Below are positions 51,080 through 60,215 of a DNA stretch of 64,000 nt, piece by piece. Source of the DNA: Macrostomum lignano (taxonomy: Eukaryota); assembly GCA_002269645.1 (NCBI GenBank), contig NIVC01001130.1, positions 186,001 through 250,000 on the forward strand, read 5' to 3'. The position numbers and the translations under genes were made by a program. Under the pieces are notes generated by a model, which was given only the letters and a program-made list of their open reading frames with translations, made no database searches and had not been told where the DNA came from. The first letter of the stretch is position 1; every line of letters starts with the position of its first letter.

Positions 51080-52065
51080 TCTATAGACCGTATAAACTCT
51101 ATAGACTAGAATCTAAAGACAGTATAAAATCTATAGGCTAAAACTAAAAAACAGCAATCTATAGCCTACAATCTATAGCCTACAATCTATAGCCTACAAT
51201 CTATAGCCTACAATCTATAGCCTACAATCTATAGACTACAATCTATAGACTACAATCTATAGCCTACAATCTATAGCCTACAATCTATAGCCTACAATCT
51301 ATAGACTACAATCTATAGCCTACAATCTATAGACTACAATCTATAGACTACAATCTATAGCCTACAATCTATAGACTACAATCTAAAGACAGCATAAAAT
51401 CTATAGACTATAATATATAGCCTGCAATCTACAGACAGCATAAAGCCTACAGACTACAATCTACAGACAGCATAAAACCTACAGACTACAATCTACAGAC
51501 AGAATAGAACCTACAGCCTACAATCTACAGACAGAATAGAACCTACAGACTACAATCTACAGACAGAATAGAACCTACAGACTACAATCTACAGACAGAA
51601 TAGAACCTACAGCCTACAATCTACAGACAGCATAAAACCTACAGACTACAATCTACAGACAGCATAGAACCTACAGACTACAATCTACAGACAGCATAAA
51701 ACCTACAGACTACAATCTACAGACAGCATAGAACCTACAGACTACAATCTACAGACAGCATAGAACCTACAGACTACAATCTACAGACAGAATAGAACCT
51801 ACAGCCTACAATCTACAGACAGAATAGAACCTACAGACTACAATCTACAGACAGAATAGAACCTACAGACTACAATCTACAGACAGAATAGAACCTACAG
51901 CCTACAATCTACAGACAGCATAAAACCTACAGACTACAATCTACAGACAGCATAGAACCTACAGACTACAATCTACAGACAGCATAGAACCTACAGACTA
52001 CAATCTACAGACAGCATAGAACCTACAGACTACAATCTACAGACAGCATAGAACCTACAGACTAC
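51080..52065. repeat. 14-bp array (CTATAGCCTACAAT) grading into 32-bp array (CTACAGACTACAATCTACAGACAGCATAGAAC)
   Basis: Direct periodicity. Confidence 0.95.
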
Positions 52066-52078
52066 ACCTCGAACTCAC

Positions 52079-52776
52079 CGGCACAGAGAAGGTATCGTCT
52101 ATTTGAAACTCGGCAGGCTGTGTCAGACACGGGTCTGTCCGGCTAGTCAGCAAGTTCAGAAACTGTGTCAGCAAGCTCAAATTCTCTCCAGTCACATTGC
52201 TGACACGAAAAATCGGACACAGCCGCTCGGACGTGAAGTTGGTGGCCGAACAGACAACATCGTCTGGGGTATTAACCATAACTGGGATTTTTCTACAGCC
52301 GGAGCTGCGCAGGATTTTCTGCAACAATCGCAGCGTCTCGTCCAAGACGTTAGGCGGGCACATGTCGATCTTGGTGACAACAACAAAGACTGGCACGTTG
52401 AGCGCCAGAGCCAAGCCGAGGTGCTCCTTGGTCATGCCAATCACGCCGGCATTTGAGCCGATCATGAGCATAGCGAAATCCGGACTGTGGCCGGTCATGC
52501 CGAATACGGTGGTCTTCAAGTATCTCTCGTGGCCAGCCAGGTCAATAAAGGTCACCACCTTGGCCGACCGTTCGCAAACCCGCTGCCAATCCAGCTGGCC
52601 GTGAGTTGGCGCGTTCACCACCTCGCCTTTGGAGTTGAAGCCGAGAATGTCGTTGCCAACCGAGGAGGTTCTGCCCGACTCGGCCTCGTGCTTGTGCCTG
52701 AACAGCTTCTGGCGAGCGAACCCCCGACCATTGTCTAGCTCGCCGTGAGTCAGTACGCCGAGTAGAGTGCTCTTGC
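52079..52776 (-). CDS. GTPBP1: GTPBP1 exon 2 (G domain)
   Basis: [56 protein letters not shown] motifs diagnostic of GTPBP1; TTTAG acceptor, GTGAG donor. Confidence 0.96.
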
Positions 52777-52899
52777 CTAAATTAATAATGTATTGGACCT
52801 GGTAACAATATGCCAAGAAATAAATGATGAAGATTTATTTTGATCGAATTCATTTCAAGGTCAACAAAGGTCGCTCAATATTAAAGTTTCGGTTCAGGG

Positions 52900-53555
52900 G
52901 TTCAGTGTTGATTGGGTTCAGTGTTCAGTCGGGTTCAGTGTCGGGTTCGTGTTGTGGGGGTCAGGGTTCAGCGTCGGGTTCGTGTTGGGGGGGGTCAGGG
53001 CTCAGTGTCGGGTTTGTGTTGGGGGGTCAGGGTTCAGTGTCGGGTTGGTGTTGGAGGGTTAGGGTTCAGTGTCGGGTTGGTGTTGAAGGGTTAGGGTTCA
53101 GTGTCGGGTTGGTGTTGGGGGGGGGGGTCAGGGTTCAGTGTCGGGTTTGTGTTGAGGGGGGGTCAGGGTTCAGTGTCGGGTTGGTGTTGGGAGGGGGGGT
53201 AAGGGTTCAGTATCGGCATGCTTGGGCGCAACCTTCATCCGGATTCATCCGGCCGTTTCTATTGGCAAAACACACATGTAAGTCGCTATTGGACGGAATA
53301 GTAGTCACGTGACTGCTCTCAGCCAATAGCGACTTACATGTGTGTGTTGCCAATAGAAACGGCCGGGTGATTCCCAAGGTTGCGCATGTATGAGTGTCGG
53401 GTTTGTGTTGGGGGGGGGGGGGGTCAGGGTTCAGTGTCGGGTTGGTGTTGGGGGGGTCAGGGTTCAGTGTCGGGTTTGTGTTGGGGGGGGGGGGGGGGGT
53501 CAGGGTTCAGTGTCGGGTTTGTGTTGGGGGGGGTCAGGGTTCAGTGTCGGGTTGG
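52900..53555. repeat. G-rich ~33-40-bp array (GGGTCAGGGTTCAGTGTCGGGTTTGTGTTG+G-run) in GTPBP1 intron 1, interrupted by a palindrome
   Basis: Direct periodicity with variable G-run. Confidence 0.92.
53226..53385. other. ~160-bp palindromic insert (hairpin MITE-like)
   Basis: 44-bp arms 53249-53292 / 53323-53366 with one mismatch, outer GCGCAACCTT/AAGGTTGCGC, centre GTCACGTGAC. Confidence 0.85.
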
Positions 53556-53604
53556 AACTTAAAGAATTCAACAACTTCAGCAGTCATGCCTACTGCAACC
53601 TTAC

Positions 53605-54022
53605 CAGCATCAACATTTCCAACTACGGCCACCCGAACCTCCATGAAGTCGCCATTGGCTGGTTTTCGTCGAATGAGCAGCTTGGCGGTGTGCAGGCCGC
53701 TGGCGGGCAGCTGCTGCCGCTGCAACACGCTGCAGTCGGCGCCGAGCTGAACAGCCATGCTCTGCACGGTGGCCACGCTGGCGGACATTTCGTCGGCTGT
53801 GAGGCCGGGCTCTTCGGCCTCGCCAGAGCCGAGCTCAACGATGGCCTCTTGAACGCCTTGGCCCATCCGCTTAGACAGGTTGACGCAGAGCTGCTCGAAT
53901 TCGGTATGCGACGGGCTGACGTAGGCGAGTTTTCTGGATAAACTGACGCCATCAAACTGGCCAGACGATGCTGCAGATTGCGCATCGTTGGCTATCATTG
54001 GCTCGTCCACTAAGTGCGCCAT
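53605..54022 (-). CDS. GTPBP1: GTPBP1 exon 1
   Basis: ATG 54022; ends EVRVAVVGNVDA-G|GTAAGG, phase 1 joins GKST P-loop. Confidence 0.92.
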
Positions 54023-54805
54023 GCTCGCAGTGGTTGCGCTAAGCTATATAGTAGTAGTAGTAGTAAGCTCAGTAGTTATTATTGCTGTTCGCAATAGATC
54101 ATTGCCAGCGTTTGCTGGCCAAGCTGAAGTTGATATTAAAAATATTCGCTGCTGATTTGGTTGCATAATTTTGCTGATGCTTTGTGTAAAGCACTGCTTG
54201 TATATATATACACACTGCAGCTATGCATTGTATATCCATGTGGCCAGAAAATGACACGAATTGCAACTTTTAAACTGAACAAAACAAAAATGACTAGATA
54301 TGCACGCTGACTACTTAAAAAAGTAGCAAGTAGCGAAACAGAAGTGCATTAATGCATTATTCTAATAAACAGAGCTTTACTACTAATAGTAACAAAATTG
54401 TACTTTTATGTTCTATTAGAAAGCCTTCATAGGTCTTGAGCAGGCGAATAAGCCTATAAATATATAATTATACATATAAGCATACACTTATATAAGACTA
54501 TAAAATAGCACTAACTCTATATTAATTGTTAGGCACTTAACACATCATTGTGCCTTGGGAGGGTTGGCCCTCAAGGGTGATAAATGCATGAATAGACCCA
54601 AGCTAAAATTCTAATTTAGCCCTAAATTAATGACTATATTTGAACCTAGGTTGCTAGTATAAATATATTATACAAAACTATGCTAGATTACAAGAAGGCT
54701 ATGCCCCTCTTATAAAATTGCCAACCTGGTTAATCTAATATTTAGCTAGTATAAATAAAAGCAAACTAAAGGTAAATAGCTAAATTGATAAAGTTTGGTA
54801 TTAAA

Positions 54806-55587
54806 TAGTGTTGCCACCATGGTATTGGAAAAAAATTGCAGCTTTTAGAAAAAATTTGCTAGCACATTTATTGTCATTTATAGTCTAGTCATTGTTTGCT
54901 AAGCAATAGAAATAGGCAATTTTTGTTTAATTCTATGACAAATAGCTGCACAGTTTGAAATTCGCTTACTACTTCTTTTTTTGACTCAAAATCTACACTT
55001 TCCAGTCTTCATAAAATAAGCATAGCATACTATATAGCATAGGCGTATGCCTGGAACAATAAAAACAATGGTATACTATAATAATAAAATTGTCTTTATA
55101 ATATTCGGCTTCATAAAAACTTAGCAGCATTTACTTTGCTTCTTTCTTGGCACCTTGGGTAGGGCAGCTCAAGTAGCTAATTCTGTTTGTCTCTTGCCAA
55201 GCTGCATCTTTAGCAGTCTGTTTTACTGCTCATTCAATAGCAGTGTGCTGAATCTCCATTCATCTTGCTTCAAATCCAAAGGCTTGGACAGCAACATCTC
55301 TCTTTTTGTTGAGCTTGTTGCAGTTTGTCCAGGGCTCTTTGAACTTCTCACTCAGCTTGGATGCAACAAGCTTGAGCTTCCTTCTTCTATTAATCTTGCC
55401 TGCTAATCAACTCAAGCTATTATAGTTTAGAACCTTGAGTAGCATCCAAATCTTCTGCAAAGTCACAAATTTGAGTGACAGCATAGGCTTTTAAAAAAAA
55501 TTGCAGCTAATAGGCTAATTCAACAAAATTTTTATTTAGAAAAGAAAATTTGCTTAGTGAAAAAAATTCACAGGGGTGGCAACACTG
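54806..55587. mobile_element. hAT-type non-autonomous element (782 bp)
   Basis: TIRs TAGTGTTGCCACC / GGTGGCAACACTG; exact 8-bp TSD GTATTAAA at 54798-54805 and 55588-55595. Confidence 0.9.
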
Positions 55588-57104
55588 GTATTAAACACTA
55601 TTTCAAAATATATATTGTCAATTATCAATAGTATTAAAGTCAGGGCAAAAGATAAAGCTGCTAATATTATAAGCATCCTGAGATAAACATATACCATTTT
55701 TTAATAGTTAGTTACTAGTCACTTTGGCAATGAGACATTTTGATAATAGATATTTAATTGAAAAAATTAAGGACATGAACATTTTTATAATTGTAATTAT
55801 TATATTAGCAACAAAAAGACATTTTGATAAGAAGCCTATAATATTTATACTATAGTCCCAAATAGTCATACACATTATTTTTTTATTGTTTGACTATTTT
55901 TTGCTTTGCATACTATATATGGGATAGGAAGATTAGATCAAACCTATAATATATTCACTAGCAAACTAAGGGGGAGATATGATAGAAAATAAAAGATACT
56001 GCAAAGCTAAGAAAGTCCAATGAGATATTTAACTTAATTTTGAATAGATAATAGCATATAAACAAAGAACTATATATTTATCATGTTTATCAAAATGCTT
56101 ATAGCTTGTATTAGGGCCTATACTAGGCTTAACTATAATAATTTCTTTTTTAATAGTAATAAAAATACTATATGCATTTTAATATTATTATGAAAAAGGC
56201 CTACTCACTTCAAAACTAAAAAATATCATATCATATTTCAATGCAACTATGTGGCATACTACCAATGGTTCACATTGGATCATTTATTGGTATTGGTTAA
56301 TAGTAAAACATAAAAGTTTTCTATATAAATAGTAGGTCTACATAGTCCTCGTTTAAATCAATTCAGTTTGGCCAGTATAAAGAAGGCAATGAACTATTGT
56401 AACACTTCCCCTAATACTATCTTATCTATATTAGGCCTATTTTAATTAGAAAATGGTGGTTGTTAGAAGGAATATATTATAACCATATCATAAGCTGGGT
56501 TATGGATGACATGCTAACACTAAAATCGAGATATAGAAATAAGTAGGCCCTATTTATGGCATAAACCATAAGTATGGCTCTACATATATGTATAATATGA
56601 AATGAAGCATAAATCATAATCATATATATATAAACTTATTCGGCTTATCGATAAAAATGGGCTGTCTCGATTTCCCCAGGTGATTTTTTGTATCAGTATG
56701 CATCTGCATCATGAAAGCACAAAAACTTATTAGCATTTATGAATATCAGCATTGGCATTATCAGCAATTAATAAGCACATCATATTACCAGGAATACTTT
56801 TTCTTTTTAGTAGTAGTAGAATTAATAATTAGCTAAGGAAAGACAGCTTTGATAGGTTAATAAATACGAAAAACTGCATATTTTATTTACTGAATATTTG
56901 CAATTTATGTCACGTAAACGAATTTATTATCTATGAAATCATTAAATTTAAGTTTGCGCGAATTTAAACACTTGTGTATAAAAAATCAAGTGCAATGAAT
57001 GCAAAAAAGAATAAAGTTGAAGCGCGGGAATAAGATTTAGTAATGAGAAAAGAAGTTTAGTATAATTTAATTAGTCGATGTAAAATGCAATGTAAGAAGT
57101 AAGT

Positions 57105-57628
57105 GGGAGCACGAGAATTGTCCGCCGAGCTTTACCCGCCGAGATTTGCCCGCCGAGAATCACCCGCCAAGATTTGCCCGCAGTGCATTTTTCCCGCGAG
57201 TGAATTGCCCGCCGATTTTTTTTCCGCCGAGGTTTGCTGCAATGCTTTTTTACAGCAGCACATTTAGTCTGATTTTGTCTGATTTTGTCCCCCCCCCCCA
57301 ATGCTTAGTAAGTCTCAATAAAGAGACTTGAGGGACAAAGCTACACGGCATACACATGAATTAATAGATCGCCGATATACCCCTACATGTATATTGAACT
57401 GAATACCTACAAGAAAAAATGCATCTGATATGCTGAATTACTACCAAAACACTTTGATCGGGTAAATCTCTTTATTAAGACAATTACTAAGCGTTAATAG
57501 GGGAATAATGCAGACAAAATCTGCCGCGTGGCTAAATGCGATGCAGGAAAAAAACATTGCAGGCAAACCTCGGCGGGAAAAACTCGGCGCGCGAATCTCG
57601 ACGGGCGAATTTCGACGGGCATGGACCC
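57105..57628. mobile_element. Foldback-type non-autonomous DNA element with long imperfect TIRs and subterminal CCCGCCGAG repeats
   Basis: Arms 57105-57325 and 57468-57628 are reverse-complementary (CCGCCGAGGTTTGC..TGCAATG..CATTTAG..GATTTTGTCTG..GCTTAGTAA..AATAAAGAG); no TSD seen. Confidence 0.75.
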
Positions 57629-57923
57629 AAAAAGACGTGTAGCAACTGCATCGTTTGGAAATCTCTGCTTTGTATTTGTTGCGCAAATATTTGGAAATCC
57701 AGTCCAAGTTCAACGCATGTGTGCAAAGTTGCACAAAGAATACAATTTATATATGCATCAATATTATTTTGACGCAGTCATAAATAAATCGAACAGAAAC
57801 TACATCGTTGATAATTTTAACATTCATACATGTAGAATGAATCAACAACAGGTTAATGAAGAATCAAGTCTAAATTCATTAAATTTTGCCATAAAAAATC
57901 AAATATATGAGAGAGAATCGCCT

Positions 57924-59750
57924 CTAGTAGATACGGCCATCGATGTACATGACATCGGTTCTTCGCTCGAGATACTTGGACTCATCATCTGCTTCGTCGT
58001 CCTCTTCAAACTGCAGGGCTCGCCACCAGTTGGTGTCGGTACACTGCAAGCGCCGCATCTCCAGCCTGTGCCGACTCTGAGCGTGGATTTGCGCCGGTGT
58101 TGAATTGCTAGTGAACTTGTACACGTCGCTTTCCAATGCTTCCTCAAGCTTGGGCGCCGACATCAGCAGCTGCGCGTCGGTTTCCAAGCGGCTCAGCAGG
58201 GCTTCTCGCTCCAGATCTTCCTTCGGCGCCCGAAGAGAGTTCACAATGAATTCGTGCATCATGGCCTGGGAACTCCGATACTGACTGGTGAGCTCTTCCC
58301 TGTTTCTTTCCTTTGGCTTTGATATGTACTGCTGTCTCTGTATTGAATCCATGATCTCGGCTCTAGTCTCGTCCGAAATTGGCGCGATGCGTTTCAGCTT
58401 TTCCATCATTCTCTCGTACTGGATGGCCCGCAGCCAGCGCCTTACAGCCCGCTGGATTGTGACTGTAGCCCTGACAACTTTGGCCATGTTCTTTCTCTCT
58501 TCTAGTTTGCCACGCTCTCGCCAAGACTTGTACCGCGCCTGAATCCTAATGGCAGCCTCTTCTTGCTGCTTCTGCACATGGGTGCGCACCGTGCTGGCTG
58601 GCAGTGTGCTCATCAGCTTCACCTCCATCTCTCGCTTCTCTGCCAGCAGCTTCCGGCGACGGATGGCCACCTCATACTCCAGCTCCCGCCGCATCCGCGT
58701 CGTTTCACTCTGCTTTTTGCGCGCTTGCTGCCGCTGGCGAAACTTGCGCTGAAACTTGGCCAGCGATTTGTTGGCCTTCTTCAGCTCTCGCCTCACCTTG
58801 AAGCTGCGCCAATACGACTGGATCATCGTTGCCGCCCTGATCTTCAGCTCCATAGTGGCCCGGTCTCCAGATTTAGCGTCGAGCAGTCGAACGAAGTCCT
58901 GAAGCTCCCGACCGAATGTGACCTGCCCAGTCCACTTAGTGAGCAGCAGGCGGAGTCCGCTGTACTTCATTATCAAAGCTTCGAGCGAGTCGGGATAGTT
59001 GCGCACAATTGCCAGCAAGGTGCGGATTGTCTCACCAGCCAGCTCTGCCGAGTCTCCGGTTGCCAAATCGTAAATCATTTCTTCCATCAGCGAATCGAAC
59101 AGCGCCTTGTCCATTGTCCGGCACAAGTCCGCTTGATAGGAGATGCAGGAACGCAGCAGCTTCAGCGTGCTAACTGGTGTCTCCGGGTCGTCTGTTACGA
59201 AAATCTGCAGAAACCAGGGCGAATGAATAGTGTGACTAATCATCGTCCGCTTTTGGCGCAGGTAGTTGACCAAGAAACTTATCACCCTGTCGTAGCACTG
59301 AAGTAGTTTGTCCGAGCTCATTTCGGAGTAAAGTTTCTTCTCTACTGCTTCACAATAGCAGTTTTGAAGGCGCTTTGCAAGTACAAGCATATTTTCGCAG
59401 AACTGAGGCACTAGTTTTTTCTCAAACGTCTCTTCCGGGTCCTCAGCTTTAGTGACGTAAATATTCACCATCAGTCTGTAAGCCAACTCGGCAAGCTTTA
59501 CACCTGTCTCCCATGTACCGACGACATTCGAGAAATCTCTCCGCATGGCCATGAGCAGCAGCGGTAGAAGATCAAAGCTCCAGATGTCTTGCTTCACGGC
59601 AGCAGCCGCAGCGGTGCCAGCAGTGGCGTTATTCAAAATGTTCTCCATTCTCAGCAGTAGCTTTGGAATCCGCCGCTCATCTTTGGTGTTCCCAATGTCC
59701 ATAGCCAGCTTCTCGATTTCCGAAACTTTCGAAGTCATGGCTGATGCCAT
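57924..59750 (-). CDS. IQCB1: IQ calmodulin-binding motif protein 1 (nephrocystin-5), 608 aa, intronless CDS
   Basis: KQDIWSFDLL, ENMLVLAKRLQ.C, Y.GLR.LL, IQ motifs (IQSYWRSFKVRR, IQARYKSWRER, IQRAVRRW), AP.LEEA and C-terminal WW match NPHP5 architecture; first ATG 59750. Confidence 0.9.
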   Translation of the reverse strand: MASAMTSKVSEIEKLAMDIGNTKDERRIPKLLLRMENILNNATAGTAAAAAVKQDIWSFDLLPLLLMAMRRDFSNVVGTWETGVKLAELAYRLMVNIYVTKAEDPEETFEKKLVPQFCENMLVLAKRLQNCYCEAVEKKLYSEMSSDKLLQCYDRVISFLVNYLRQKRTMISHTIHSPWFLQIFVTDDPETPVSTLKLLRSCISYQADLCRTMDKALFDSLMEEMIYDLATGDSAELAGETIRTLLAIVRNYPDSLEALIMKYSGLRLLLTKWTGQVTFGRELQDFVRLLDAKSGDRATMELKIRAATMIQSYWRSFKVRRELKKANKSLAKFQRKFRQRQQARKKQSETTRMRRELEYEVAIRRRKLLAEKREMEVKLMSTLPASTVRTHVQKQQEEAAIRIQARYKSWRERGKLEERKNMAKVVRATVTIQRAVRRWLRAIQYERMMEKLKRIAPISDETRAEIMDSIQRQQYISKPKERNREELTSQYRSSQAMMHEFIVNSLRAPKEDLEREALLSRLETDAQLLMSAPKLEEALESDVYKFTSNSTPAQIHAQSRHRLEMRRLQCTDTNWWRALQFEEDDEADDESKYLERRTDVMYIDGRIY

Positions 59751-60085
59751 GCTTGACAGTGAGCGTAGATTTGCTGACAGCGGCAAAAGTCTTCGGAAAG
59801 ATCAAGTGTAAGTGTGTTGGATGCCTGACTAAGAGAAGGAAGGGTTTAGTCAGAGCAGTCCTCTTTTTAGCCCTCTCTTTACCTTGCGGGGCGGGTGAAT
59901 GAATGCACATGAGCGACTTCCACTTGCGTACAGTCGTGGCTCACCTCTCTTCTCTTACACTGGCGCGTATCTTTCTCTCCGCGCTGTCCTGTTCACTGGC
60001 TCATTCTCTTTTCCTGTGCGGCTCTTTCCCTTACCCGCAAGTACACTTAAGTCTTCTCAAACTGTCGCCCCTCTTCTCTCGTCTC

Positions 60086-60099
60086 GTTACCAAGGCAAC
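60086..60099. promoter_or_regulatory. RFX X-box GTTACCAAGGCAAC in the IQCB1/DRC7 bidirectional spacer (weaker second copy GCTTCAATGGCAAC at 60104-60117)
   Basis: Fits GTYNCY-N2-RGNAAC consensus; both flanking genes are ciliary. Confidence 0.75.
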
Positions 60100-60215
60100 C
60101 GCAGCTTCAATGGCAACACTGCATATAGAGCAAAGCAATCTGCTCTGGCGGCAAGTTCAAATTCAAATTTTGTGGCGAATTTTGTGCCAACGGAAAAAAC
60201 GCGCTAAAGAAGAAA

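Noticed and set aside
57528-58103. 191-aa plus-strand ORF
   Set aside because: It runs through the foldback arm and antisense to the IQCB1 end; no family signature
59751-59786. ORF-track N-terminal extension of IQCB1 from a non-ATG start
   Set aside because: The first ATG at 59750 gives a length matching NPHP5; non-ATG starts are unlikely here
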